From NCBI GenBank assembly GCA_041580375.1, contig JBFGDZ010000001.1, positions 1-57,344 of the forward strand: a stretch of DNA of 57,344 bases, written 5' to 3'. The position numbers and the translations under genes are program-made. Position 1 is the first letter of the stretch. Each line of letters begins with the position of its first letter. Under the pieces are notes generated by a model. The model was not told the origin of the DNA. It ran no database searches and saw only the letters and a list, made by a program, of their open reading frames with translations. Positions 32,915 through 41,784 of this stretch are shown piece by piece. Source of the stretch: Candidatus Polarisedimenticolia bacterium. GTDB lineage: Bacteria; Acidobacteriota; Polarisedimenticolia; Gp22-AA2.

Positions 32915-32948
32915 GTTGCGCCGAACGGCCGGCGAATCACGGCGCAAC
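32915..32948. terminator. Possible bidirectional terminator hairpin between tRNA-Leu and the converging rrf2 gene
   Basis: Perfect 9-bp inverted repeat GTTGCGCCG (32915-32923) / CGGCGCAAC (32940-32948) with a 16-nt loop. There is no clear U-tract, so the call is weak. Confidence 0.35.
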
Positions 32949-32952
32949 GGCG

Positions 32953-33429
32953 TCACCGCGCTCGCGCCGCGCGCCGGGCCGGGCGGCGGGCGGGCTTCGG
33001 GCCCTCGAGCACGCCGGAGGATCGGCCTGCCAGGGTCTCCAACGTGACCGAGGCGAAGGTGCAGCGCACGATCTCGTCCACCTCGTCGAACAGGACGCGC
33101 AGGCGGCAGGCGAAGGAGGCGTCGCAGTCGTCACCCGGCCTTCCGGCGACGAGGCACTCGCCGGCGCGGCGCCGCGGCTGGAACTGGTCGAGGACGTCCA
33201 GCACGGTCACCCGGGACGGCTTCCGGGCCAGCCGGTATCCGCCGCGCAGGCCGCGCGTGCCGACGGCGATCCCGGACCGCACGAGGCGCTGAAAGACCTT
33301 GGCGAGCGGGCCCTCCGGGATGCGGTACCGGCGCGCCACGCTGGCGGCGGTCACCTGCGCCCCCGGATCGGCGCTCGCCATCTCGAGGGCGGCGTAGAGG
33401 GCGTAACGCGTGCTCTTGTTGAACATCAT
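32953..33429 (-). CDS. Rrf2-family transcriptional regulator with a 3-Cys cluster (possible Fe-S/redox sensor)
   Basis: 158 aa. MFNKSTRYALYAALEMA...VTAASVARRYRIPEGPLAKVFQRLVRSGIAVGTRGLRGGYRLA is the Rrf2 wHTH. It is followed by GECLVAGRPGDDCDASFACRL (Cx9Cx5C). Confidence 0.9.
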   Translation of the reverse strand: MMFNKSTRYALYAALEMASADPGAQVTAASVARRYRIPEGPLAKVFQRLVRSGIAVGTRGLRGGYRLARKPSRVTVLDVLDQFQPRRRAGECLVAGRPGDDCDASFACRLRVLFDEVDEIVRCTFASVTLETLAGRSSGVLEGPKPARRPARRAARAR

Positions 33430-33438
33430 CGCTCGCGG

Positions 33439-33936
33439 TCACTCCTCGCGGCGCGGCCCTGTCAGATCCAGATCGAGACAGAGCCGCGCGGACGGCCGGA
33501 ACCCCTCGTGGTGGAAGAAGCGGATCAGGTCCTGGTCCTCCCACGCGACCTCCGTCCGCAGGCGCGGCACGCGCAGCGCCGAGAGGTTCAGCCGCAGCTG
33601 CCGCAGGAGGGCGGCGCCGACGCCCCGCCCCTGGAACTCGGGATGGACGCCGATCGTCTCGAGCACCGTCACCGGCTCGATCGTGCCGAACTCGCCGTAG
33701 TAGACGCGGGCGAGCAGGAACCCGCAGAAGCACCCCCCGATCTCGGCGGCCAGCGACGCGCGGATGCCGGTCTCGCGCAGGCTCTCCCCGACCTTGAGCT
33801 TCAGGTAGTCGTCGCGGCGCCGGCCCACGAGCCGCGCGTCGATGGCGACGATCGCCTTCAGGTCGTCCGGCCTGAGGTCCCGCACGACGACGTCGCCGCC
33901 CCGCTCTCCCGTCTCCTCCCTCTCCTCCATCGTCAT
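33439..33936 (-). CDS. GNAT-family N-acetyltransferase (paralogue A)
   Basis: ~165 aa. VVVRDLRPDDLKAIVAID...LETIGVHPEFQGRGVGAALLRQL carries the acetyl-CoA-binding Q/RxxGxG/A motif. The ATG at 33936 (or 33930) follows GGAGAGGAAGGAG. Confidence 0.8.
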   Translation of the reverse strand: MTMEEREETGERGGDVVVRDLRPDDLKAIVAIDARLVGRRRDDYLKLKVGESLRETGIRASLAAEIGGCFCGFLLARVYYGEFGTIEPVTVLETIGVHPEFQGRGVGAALLRQLRLNLSALRVPRLRTEVAWEDQDLIRFFHHEGFRPSARLCLDLDLTGPRREE

Positions 33937-33974
33937 CTCCTTCCTCTCCGGCGCCGGCGATCCCTCCGCCCCGC

Positions 33975-34718
33975 TCACGCCATCAGCTGCCCGCCGTCGA
34001 CGCGCAGGACCTGGCCCGTGACGTGGGCGGACAGCGGCGAGCACAGATACAGCGCCGCGCGGGCGACGTCCTCCGGCCGCCCGACGCGGCCCAGGGCGGT
34101 CTCGTCCAGCGCCCGCGCACGGACGTCCGGGGGCAGGCCCGCCGTCATCTCCGTCTCGATGAAACCGGGAGCGATCACGTTGACGCGGATGCCGAACCGG
34201 CCCAACTCGCGGGCGGCCGTCCGGGCGAGCCCGATCAGCCCCGCCTTGCTCGCGGCGTAGTTGGCCTGGCCGAACTTGCCGCGCTCGCCGTTGATCGACG
34301 ACACGAGGACGACCGCGCACTCTCCCGTCTCGCGCATCAGCGGCGCGGCGTGCTTCAGAAGATGAAAGGCGGACTCGAGGTTGACCCGCAGCACGTCCGA
34401 CCACGCCGCGTCCTCCATCTTCCACAGCACGGCGTCGCGCGTGATGCCGGCGCAGTGCACCAGGACGTGCAGCCGCCCGAACGGCCGCGTCGAGGCCGCG
34501 AACAGGGCCCGGATCGCGCCGGGGTCGGCCAGGTCGCACGCCAGGCCGCGGACCCCCGGGGGCGCCTCGCGATCCGGACGATCGACGCTGAAGACCGAGG
34601 CCCCCGCGGCGCCCAGGAGCGCCACGACCGCCCGGCCGATGCCCCCGCTCCCGCCCGTCACGAGCGCGGTCCGACCGCCGAGGTCGATCAGGCGCCCGGG
34701 GTCCGGCGTCGCGCTCAT
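33975..34718 (-). CDS. Short-chain dehydrogenase/reductase (FabG-like)
   Basis: 247 aa with the TGGSGGIGRA cofactor motif, the catalytic YAASKAGLIGL, and IRVNVIAPGFIETEM. Its ATG overlaps the bcrD stop (ATGA). Confidence 0.9.
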   Translation of the reverse strand: MSATPDPGRLIDLGGRTALVTGGSGGIGRAVVALLGAAGASVFSVDRPDREAPPGVRGLACDLADPGAIRALFAASTRPFGRLHVLVHCAGITRDAVLWKMEDAAWSDVLRVNLESAFHLLKHAAPLMRETGECAVVLVSSINGERGKFGQANYAASKAGLIGLARTAARELGRFGIRVNVIAPGFIETEMTAGLPPDVRARALDETALGRVGRPEDVARAALYLCSPLSAHVTGQVLRVDGGQLMA

Positions 34719-35581
34719 GCGCCCGCCCCGGCCGACAGGGAGACGCCGCGGCGGGCCAGGGCGCGGGCGCGGAAGGCGCCCCACAGGGCGGCGCCCAGGG
34801 CGCCGGCGAGCACCGAATGCTCGTGGCCGCGGAAACGGATCGTCGCGTTCTGCGCGACCGCCGCCTCGTCCAGGGCGGCGAGGAGGCCTACGTCCGAGGC
34901 GAGCCCGCCCGTGACGAGCACGGTCCCCTCCGCGCCGATCGAAGTGAGAAGCCGGAGGTACCGCCCCGCCATCGACCCGTGGATGCCGCGGATGATGTTG
35001 GCCGTCGTCACGCCCCGCGACACCATGTTGATGACGTCGGTCTCCGCCAGCACGGCGCAGATCGACGAGCACGCCTCGGGGCGATCACCCTGCAGCGACA
35101 GGGGGCCGATCTCCTGCATGGTGATCCCCAGGTACCGGCAGATGCTCTCCAGGAACTGGCCCGAGCCGGAGGCGCACTGGCTGGTCATGCGGTAGCGCAG
35201 GACGCGGCAGCGCTCGTCGGTCAGGATGGCGCGGGCGTGCAGCGCGCCGATGTCGATCACGGCCCGCGCACCGGGATCGAGGAACCGGCCGCCGCGCGCG
35301 TGCGTCGTCATGCCGTAGAAATGTCCGGTGCGGAACTCGAACAGGTCCCCTTCGCCCGTCGTGGCGAGGTAGGCGAGATCGTCCCGGCCGGCGCCCGCCT
35401 CGTCGAGACAGGCGTCGAGCAGCGCCTCGGTCACCCGGCGTGGATCGCGCCGCCGGATGCGCTCGAATCGTCCGGCCAGCATGCGGGCCGGGCCGTCCCG
35501 CTCCTCCTCCACGACGGCGATCTTGACAGTCGAGGACCCGAGGTCGATGCCGGCGACGGTGAGGACGTCCGCGTCGGTCAT
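34715..35581 (-). CDS. bcrD: Benzoyl-CoA reductase ATPase subunit, small (BcrD/BadG-like; BadF/BadG/BcrA/BcrD ATPase family)
   Basis: 288 aa. Actin-fold phosphate-1 motif GIDLGSSTVKIAV. Cys motifs MTSQCASGSGQFLE and SSICAVLAETDV, as in the [4Fe-4S]-bridging ATPases. It follows the larger paralogue with an ATGA overlap. Confidence 0.85.
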   Translation of the reverse strand: MTDADVLTVAGIDLGSSTVKIAVVEEERDGPARMLAGRFERIRRRDPRRVTEALLDACLDEAGAGRDDLAYLATTGEGDLFEFRTGHFYGMTTHARGGRFLDPGARAVIDIGALHARAILTDERCRVLRYRMTSQCASGSGQFLESICRYLGITMQEIGPLSLQGDRPEACSSICAVLAETDVINMVSRGVTTANIIRGIHGSMAGRYLRLLTSIGAEGTVLVTGGLASDVGLLAALDEAAVAQNATIRFRGHEHSVLAGALGAALWGAFRARALARRGVSLSAGAGA

Positions 35582-36930
35582 GAAGCCGCCTCCAGGGCGC
35601 CGCCCGGCGCGGCCCCGCCCGTCGCGTCGCCGCCCCCGCTCCCCGTTCGCAGCCACTCGCGGCGCGCGAACAGCGCGGCCCCGAGCGCCCCCGTGTAGAT
35701 CGAGTCGGGCGAGATGTTCATCGTCCGCGCGCCGTAGTTCTCCTTCACGAGGCGGCGCAGCGCGTCGACCGCGGCGGGGTTCTTCGCCACGCCGCCGGTG
35801 AATGTGAACTGCTCCTCGATGCCGCCGGATCGGGCGAGCAGCGACAGGGCGCGCAGGATGATGGCACGATGCAGCCCCGCCAGGATGTCCTCGCGCTTCT
35901 CCCCCAGGGCCAGCCGCTCGCGCAGCTCGGCGCCCGCGAAGACCGTGCAGGTGGAGTTGATCCGGACGGGGCTCGACGACGCGCAGGCCATCGGGCCGAG
36001 CTCGTGCACGCCCATGTTCATCTCGTCCGCGATGTAGCCGAGATAGCGGCCGCACCCGGCGGCGCAGCGATCGTTCATCTGGAACGAGGTCACGATCCCG
36101 CGGGGATCCACCTGGATCGCCTTGGTGTCCTGCCCTCCGATGTCGAGCACCGTCCTCGTGCCCGGGAAGAGCGAGTGCGCCCCCAGGCCGTGGCAGAGGA
36201 TCTCGGAGCGGATCTGCTCCTTGGGAAACGGGAGGGTCTGGCGCCCGTAGCCCGTGCCGACGCTGGCCGCGATCACGAGCGGCACGGCCGCCGCCCGCTC
36301 CACGGCGGCCGCGAGGTCGGCGTCGGGCCGGCCGAGATCCTTCACGGCGCCGCGCGCGTGCAGGGAGAAGTCCTCCGGCCCCGGCGGCGCGTTCTCCACC
36401 TCGAGAACCGCCTTGTCGAAGAGGCCGACGAGGCGCTCGAACCCTGCGCGGCCCGTCTCCGCCGCCTCCTCCGCCAGGTGCAGGTAGCGGCTGCCGGCGA
36501 GGTCCCGGAAAAAATCGCTCCTGCGGTCGGCGCCCGCGGCGTACAGTTCCGCGGCCTCCCCCTCCATCCGCTCCAGGATTCGCGCCAGCGCGTCGCGGAC
36601 GTCGCGGGGCGCGCCGTCACGGCCCGCGCGCTCCAGCATCAGCCCGCCGAGCGAGGCGAGCTGCGCTCGGTATTGTTTCTCGCGGATCCGGCGCCCGAGC
36701 TCGGCCAGCGCGTCCGACCTCGAGCCGGGGTCGACGCCGGCGGCGTGCAGGCCTCCGGCGACGAGGCTGAAGCGGGCGTCGATGAGGGCCTCGTTGCGGG
36801 CCACCTGGCAGGCGACGCGGTAGTTGCTCCGGCTGTTGGTGATGCCGCGGCCGACGGCCCGCCCGTCCTCGTCCAGCAGAACCGCCTTGGTCGTCGTGGA
36901 ACCGAGATCGATGCCGCAGCAGACGTTCAT
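35578..36930 (-). CDS. bcrA: Benzoyl-CoA reductase ATPase subunit, large (BcrA/BadF-like, with internal insertion)
   Basis: 450 aa with GIDLGSTTTKAVLLDEDG, a ~170-aa insertion, and then VGTGYGR, DIGGQDTKAI, QMNDRCAAGCGRYLG and NSTCTVFAGAEL. ATGA overlaps on both sides. Confidence 0.85.
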   Translation of the reverse strand: MNVCCGIDLGSTTTKAVLLDEDGRAVGRGITNSRSNYRVACQVARNEALIDARFSLVAGGLHAAGVDPGSRSDALAELGRRIREKQYRAQLASLGGLMLERAGRDGAPRDVRDALARILERMEGEAAELYAAGADRRSDFFRDLAGSRYLHLAEEAAETGRAGFERLVGLFDKAVLEVENAPPGPEDFSLHARGAVKDLGRPDADLAAAVERAAAVPLVIAASVGTGYGRQTLPFPKEQIRSEILCHGLGAHSLFPGTRTVLDIGGQDTKAIQVDPRGIVTSFQMNDRCAAGCGRYLGYIADEMNMGVHELGPMACASSSPVRINSTCTVFAGAELRERLALGEKREDILAGLHRAIILRALSLLARSGGIEEQFTFTGGVAKNPAAVDALRRLVKENYGARTMNISPDSIYTGALGAALFARREWLRTGSGGGDATGGAAPGGALEAAS

Positions 36931-38234
36931 GCCGTGGCCCCCGCGCGCTTCTGCTCGATCATCTGAAAATACGACTCGAGGCGATTCTTGATGTTGGCCG
37001 GCGAGAAGAAGCGCGGATCGACGAGATCGCTCTCGATGAACCCCGCGGGGCGGCCGGTGCGGCTCTCCACCTCGCGCAGGATCATGAGCTGCCCGGCGCT
37101 GAACGAGTTGCAGCTCTTGATCGAGTGCACGAGGAGCCCGTCCGCGTCGTAGTCCCGAACGTAGCGGCTGAGCATCTCCACGCGCGACGGCAGGCCCAGG
37201 TTCGTGTAGCAGCCGAGGCAGTACTCGGCCAGGCTCTCGAGCGGGCGCGCGGGGTCGTGGCGGAACCCGTCGTCGTAGACACCGCCGACCCGGGTGTAGG
37301 TGGAGGCGACGACGACGGCCCCCTCGTCGGCGAACATCTTCCAGAACTCGCGGAAGCTCGTCCAGTTCGGCGGGCCCTCCACGACGAGGCGGAACCGCTC
37401 CCGATCGATCGGCCCGTCGGGCGTCATCGGACCGAGGCCCCGTTGCATGCGCTCCCCGACCTCGGCGCGCAGCTCGCGGTAGTACTCGACAGCCTCCTGC
37501 GTGCCCCGGAACGCCGTGAAGATCGGCCCGATGTAGTAGACGCCGCCGAAGTAGGCGTCGATCGGCGACGGCCTGTGGCGGGCCGAGCGCAGCACCCAGT
37601 CCAGATCGTCCTCGGCCCGGGCCGACAGCGCCAGCATCTCCTTCAGCCGGTCCTCGTCGTAGCGCCGTCCCGCCACCTTCTCCAGCGCGGGGATGACGGT
37701 GTCGCGGAGCTGATCCACCACGTACCGGCGCATCGGCTCCGTGATGACGCCGTCGGCCTGGTAGGGCACGTGCAGCATCGTCACCGGCCTGCCGTACTCC
37801 TGCTTCAGGATCTCGAACCACTTCATGAAGGTGAAGCACCCCGTGTAGGAGAGGAGCAGCAAGTCGGGATCCGGCAGACGCTCGCCGGTCGGCCCGACGT
37901 TGCCCGATTTCATCATCCCCAGATCGCACTTCACGTAGCTGCAGACGTCCTCCGAGTGGCCGAGCTTCTCCGCCGCCGCGATGTACTCGCGCGACTTTCC
38001 CCGCATGCCCGATTGCAGGGCGTTGATCTCGGGCAGCACGGGAAGGAGGTCGAAGGATCGCAGCAGCTCCGTCAGGTTGCCGGGCACGAACGTGTAGACG
38101 ACCTTCTCGCCCGTCTCGGGCGCCCGGGCCAGGCGGGCGAAATGCCCGGCGATCATGCGCTTCTGCCCCTCCTGGCTCGCGTCCTTGCGGGCCTTCGCGG
38201 CCCGCCCCGCCTCGCGCGCGTCGGATGCCGTCAT
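36927..38234 (-). CDS. bcrB: Benzoyl-CoA reductase subunit B-like (2-hydroxyacyl-CoA dehydratase/BcrB/BadE family)
   Basis: 435 aa. QKRMIAGHFARLARAPETGEKVVYTFVPGNLTELL...CSYVKCDLG...HSIKSCNSFSAG are HgdB/BcrB-type motifs. Size and position match BcrB. Confidence 0.85.
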   Translation of the reverse strand: MTASDAREAGRAAKARKDASQEGQKRMIAGHFARLARAPETGEKVVYTFVPGNLTELLRSFDLLPVLPEINALQSGMRGKSREYIAAAEKLGHSEDVCSYVKCDLGMMKSGNVGPTGERLPDPDLLLLSYTGCFTFMKWFEILKQEYGRPVTMLHVPYQADGVITEPMRRYVVDQLRDTVIPALEKVAGRRYDEDRLKEMLALSARAEDDLDWVLRSARHRPSPIDAYFGGVYYIGPIFTAFRGTQEAVEYYRELRAEVGERMQRGLGPMTPDGPIDRERFRLVVEGPPNWTSFREFWKMFADEGAVVVASTYTRVGGVYDDGFRHDPARPLESLAEYCLGCYTNLGLPSRVEMLSRYVRDYDADGLLVHSIKSCNSFSAGQLMILREVESRTGRPAGFIESDLVDPRFFSPANIKNRLESYFQMIEQKRAGATA

Positions 38235-38238
38235 CGTC

Positions 38239-39411
38239 TCACCCCTCTCCGAACAACCGGATCGAATCGGCGAACGTCCCCGCCTGCTCGCGGATCACCT
38301 GGAACTGTCCGGTGTTCTCCGAGTACTTGAAGGCCGTGTACGGGATCCCCTCGCGATCCGCGGCGCGCATCGTGAGGGGCTGATCGAGGAGCGCCGGATC
38401 GCAGAAGCTCGGCGCGCAGAAGAGCACCCCATCGGCGCGGCTCTCCCGAACCCGGCGCACGAGGTCGCGGCCGTGCTCCTCGTCGCCGGAGTAGCGCGTC
38501 GGGCTGGCGACGGCGTCGTGCAGGAAGGCGTCGACGAGTTTTTGGAGCGGCTCGCCGTCGGTCGGGATGTCCCCGCGGATGAAGCGGTGCACCTGGACGA
38601 GGTCGTCGTCGACCACGTAGCAGCCCGAGCGTTCGAGCGTGCGGATCAGGGCCAGCGGCGGCTGCTCGCAGAACGCCCCCGTCAGGAGGACCCGCACCTG
38701 GTCCATCGGCCGCCGCGACGCGTCCGAGCGCGCCGCGTCGCGGTACGCGGTGAGCATGCGGGAGAACTCCTCCACGGGCAGGACGAGCCCGGCGCGCAGA
38801 ATGAGATAGAGCTCGGCGGTCGGTATCCTCCAGGGCTCCTCCCGCCGCAGCGCGTACAGATCGCCGACGAGACGCCGGTTCTCGTTGTAGAGACGGATCG
38901 ACTCGCGCAGGGCCCCGGCGTCGTACGGGCGCGCCCCGTGCTCTTCGAGATCGCGGGACAGCCCTTCCAGCTCCTTCCGATAGAACGCCCCTCCGAGAGC
39001 GGGATCGAAGTTCTGCGGGACGTCGAGGTAGCGCACCAGCCGTTCCGGGAATTTCAGCCTCCACATGCCCGACAGGTTCCGGATGACGTCGCAGATGGCC
39101 GGGAAGATCATGCCGTCCAGGCAGTCCAGGCTCCCGTTCAGGCCCAGCTCGATGGTGCTCCTCGGGATGTGGCAGATGTAGGACTGATAGAACGCGTCGC
39201 CGCGGATGATCTCGACGCCGTCCCCGCCCCCCATGATGCCGACGGGGAGGGCGCCCTGGGCGTGCAGCAGCTCGCGCGGGACGTAGATCGGCATGAACCC
39301 GATCGCCGGCCGGCCGCTGCGCTCCTTGTGGCGGCGCACCGACCCGAGCCCGAGATCCCGATACAGGGCCTCCGCCTCGCGGAGAACCCCGGCGGGACCC
39401 GCGCGGGTCAC
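38239..39411 (-). CDS. bcrC: Benzoyl-CoA reductase subunit C-like (BcrC/BadD family)
   Basis: 390 aa. The GTG at 39411 overlaps the upstream stop (GTGA). Motifs include RPAIGFMPIYVPRELLHAQGALPVGIMGG, FYQSYICHIPRS, FPAICDVIRN and VLFCAPSFCDPALLD. Confidence 0.85.
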   Translation of the reverse strand: MTRAGPAGVLREAEALYRDLGLGSVRRHKERSGRPAIGFMPIYVPRELLHAQGALPVGIMGGGDGVEIIRGDAFYQSYICHIPRSTIELGLNGSLDCLDGMIFPAICDVIRNLSGMWRLKFPERLVRYLDVPQNFDPALGGAFYRKELEGLSRDLEEHGARPYDAGALRESIRLYNENRRLVGDLYALRREEPWRIPTAELYLILRAGLVLPVEEFSRMLTAYRDAARSDASRRPMDQVRVLLTGAFCEQPPLALIRTLERSGCYVVDDDLVQVHRFIRGDIPTDGEPLQKLVDAFLHDAVASPTRYSGDEEHGRDLVRRVRESRADGVLFCAPSFCDPALLDQPLTMRAADREGIPYTAFKYSENTGQFQVIREQAGTFADSIRLFGEG

Positions 39412-40202
39412 CGGTCGCTCCACGCCGGCGGGCGCTTCTCGACGAACGCCCGCAGGCCCTCGGTCGCGTCGGAGGTCGACATGAGATCCTCGACGTAGAG
39501 CCGCTCCACTTCCGGCAGGTCCCGCCGCAGCCGCTCGGCGAAGCCGCGGCGCACCGCGCGCACGGCCAGGCGCAGCGACGCCGCCGACCGGGGCAGGAGG
39601 TGGGTCCGCGCGTAGTCGAGGGCGGCCGCCGACGGGTCGTCCGCGACGACGTCGACGAGCCCCGCGCGATGCGCCTCCTCCGCGGTGATCGATCGTCCGC
39701 TGAGGCAGAGATCCTCGGCCGCGCCTCGGCCGACCCGCTCGACGAGGATCACCGACGCCACGGGCGGCAGCACGCCCAGGACGATCTCCGGCTGGCCCAG
39801 CCGCGCGTCGGGCGAGGCGAACACCCGGTGGCAGGCGCTCACGAGCTCGAGCGCCCCTCCCAGGCACTGCCCCCGCACCGCGGCGAGGGTGACGACCGAG
39901 GCCTCGAGCATCCGAAGGAAAAGATCGTGAAACGCGCGGATCATCTCCCTGAAGGCACCGGGCAGGTGCTCCTGGACGCTGGCTCCGTAGGAAAAGTGGG
40001 ATCCGGCGCCCTCGATCACGATCGCCTTCAGCCCCGGCGCCTCCCGGGCGCGATCGAACATGTCCGCGAGCAGACCCGTCTTCTGCATGTCGAGGATGTT
40101 GGCCTTCGGCGTGTCCAGCACGACATGCCAGATCGCGCCGTCCTCGAGCGTCGTGACCCGGACCGGCGGCGCGCCGGCCGGCTGCGTTCGGTCCCGGCTC
40201 AT
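39408..40202 (-). CDS. dch: Enoyl-CoA hydratase/isomerase (crotonase) family; by position a candidate cyclohexa-1,5-diene-1-carbonyl-CoA hydratase
   Basis: 264 aa with crotonase-fold motifs (AIVIEGAGSHFSYGASV, VRGQCLGGALELVSACH, EGLRAFVEKRPP). It sits immediately upstream of bcrC, as dch does in the Thauera-type cluster. Substrate assignment is by context only. Confidence 0.7.
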   Translation of the reverse strand: MSRDRTQPAGAPPVRVTTLEDGAIWHVVLDTPKANILDMQKTGLLADMFDRAREAPGLKAIVIEGAGSHFSYGASVQEHLPGAFREMIRAFHDLFLRMLEASVVTLAAVRGQCLGGALELVSACHRVFASPDARLGQPEIVLGVLPPVASVILVERVGRGAAEDLCLSGRSITAEEAHRAGLVDVVADDPSAAALDYARTHLLPRSAASLRLAVRAVRRGFAERLRRDLPEVERLYVEDLMSTSDATEGLRAFVEKRPPAWSDR

Positions 40203-40675
40203 CCCGTCTCCTCCAGATCCAGCTCGAGCTGGACGAAGCTGCCCCCCACGAACCCGCTGGCGCGGAAGAACGACAGCACCGGAACGTCGTTGCGCCGCAC
40301 CATCGTCCTCACCGTCCGGACGCCGCCCTCCGAGAACCTCCGGCAGGCCTCGACCAGGAGCCGCGTGGCGACGCCGTCGCGCAGATGGTCCGGATCGACG
40401 CCGATGGCGTGCACCCACCCGCACGGCTCCGAGCCGAACTCGAACGCGCGCACCTCGCCCACGAGGTAGCCGACCAGCCCCCGCTCCCGCTCCGCCGCCA
40501 GGCCCACGCGCACCGGGGCGGCCGCGCCGGACCGGCGCAGATCGCGGAAGACGCCCTCCCAGTAGTCCGGCTTCGCACTTCCGCTGTGCAGCGCGTCGAT
40601 GCGCGCCACGGCGGCGCGGTCCCCGTCCTTCAGGTCGCGCACGAGAACCTCCGTGCGGCTCCCCGCCAGCGTCAT
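40199..40675 (-). CDS. GNAT-family N-acetyltransferase (paralogue B)
   Basis: 158 aa. VLVRDLKDGDRAAVARID...VHAIGVDPDHLRDGVATRLLVEA...VLSFFRASGF. ATGA overlaps with oah upstream and the crotonase gene downstream. The longer ORF in the track (to 41419) is an out-of-frame extension. Confidence 0.8.
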   Translation of the reverse strand: MTLAGSRTEVLVRDLKDGDRAAVARIDALHSGSAKPDYWEGVFRDLRRSGAAAPVRVGLAAERERGLVGYLVGEVRAFEFGSEPCGWVHAIGVDPDHLRDGVATRLLVEACRRFSEGGVRTVRTMVRRNDVPVLSFFRASGFVGGSFVQLELDLEETG

Positions 40676-41781
40676 GCCGGGCGCTCCCTGCGCCGGTGAA
40701 CCTCCGCGAGGATCTCCTCGGTCAGATCGTCGCCCCACGCTCCTCCCTCGGCGAGGCGCCGCCGCAGCAGCAGGAAGTCGGCCTCGCGGCACGCCTTCGT
40801 ACCCTCGTTGAACGCCCTGAAGCCGGCCCGCCCCTCCGTCATCATGTTCAGGGCGAGCCAGGCGCGATTCGTCTCGCGGTTGCGATCCCAGTGCTGCAGC
40901 TTGTGCTTGCGCAGGCTCTCGATCGTCTTGATCAGGCAGCCGGGCATCGTCATGGCGAGCCGGAAGACGAAGGCCTCGATCTCCCGGTCGAGGAGCGACA
41001 GGTCGATCGCGCCCCGCGCCAGCGTCCGCTTTCCCTCCTCGAGGTCGCCGCCCTGGCGACGCTCGCCGTGCACGATGCGGCCCCACTCGTCGACCCACCG
41101 GTCGGTGATCACGAGGGGGTTCGGCACGAAGGCGCCGTCGACCTTGAGGGCCGGCACGATGCGCGTGAGCATGCCGAGCCGGTAGGCCTTGTGGGCGCTC
41201 CAGTGCTCGCACAGGGTGCCGCTCTCCATCGCCGCCTCCATGCCGATGAACAGCGGCAGGAAGTCGGTGCTTCCGCCGTCCGGGGCCGAGCCGTGCCGCG
41301 GCCCCGCCTGCCCGAACAGCGCGAGGTCCTGGGCGACGGAGAAGTCGCACGCCATGCCGATCTCCTGCCCGCCGCCCACGCGCATGCCGTTCACGCGGCA
41401 GATCACCGGCCGATCGCACTCCAGGATGGCGCTGACCATGTCGTTGAACAGGCGCATGTACTGGCGGTACTCCTCGGGGCGCCCCGCGTAATACTCGGCG
41501 TACTCCTCCGTGTTGCCGCCGGTGCAGAACGCCCTGTCGCCCGAGCCCGTGAACACGACCGCGACGCAGGCGCGATCGTTGGACGCGCGCCGCATCGCCA
41601 GGATGACCTCCTTGACCATCTCCGTCGTGTAGGAGTTGTACTGCTTCGGATTGTCGAGCGTGATGCGCGCCGAGTGGAGCCCCTCGACGACGCCGCCCTG
41701 CGGATCCCGCAGGGGGACACTCTCATAACGCACGCGCGCGCCCTCGAACGCCGGGACCAGATCATGATTCTTGAATTCCAT
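40672..41781 (-). CDS. oah: 6-oxocyclohex-1-ene-1-carbonyl-CoA hydrolase (ring-cleaving crotonase, Oah/BamA)
   Basis: 369 aa with ITLDNPKQYNSYTTEMV, AFCTGGNTEEY and VNGMRVGGGQEIGMACDF. The DNA at 41622-41643 and 41352-41369 matches the degenerate bamA marker primers as I remember them (22/22 and 17/18). Confidence 0.88.
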   Translation of the reverse strand: MEFKNHDLVPAFEGARVRYESVPLRDPQGGVVEGLHSARITLDNPKQYNSYTTEMVKEVILAMRRASNDRACVAVVFTGSGDRAFCTGGNTEEYAEYYAGRPEEYRQYMRLFNDMVSAILECDRPVICRVNGMRVGGGQEIGMACDFSVAQDLALFGQAGPRHGSAPDGGSTDFLPLFIGMEAAMESGTLCEHWSAHKAYRLGMLTRIVPALKVDGAFVPNPLVITDRWVDEWGRIVHGERRQGGDLEEGKRTLARGAIDLSLLDREIEAFVFRLAMTMPGCLIKTIESLRKHKLQHWDRNRETNRAWLALNMMTEGRAGFRAFNEGTKACREADFLLLRRRLAEGGAWGDDLTEEILAEVHRRRERPA

Positions 41782-41784
41782 GGC

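Noticed and set aside
28600-32952. tRNA-Leu-associated integrative element / genomic island
   Set aside because: There is no integrase, excisionase or transposase. I found no direct repeat of the tRNA 3' end in 28540-28740 or 42865-43002. The deviant gene lies on the 5' side of the tRNA, not the usual 3' attachment side. The observation is kept only as a compositional anomaly.
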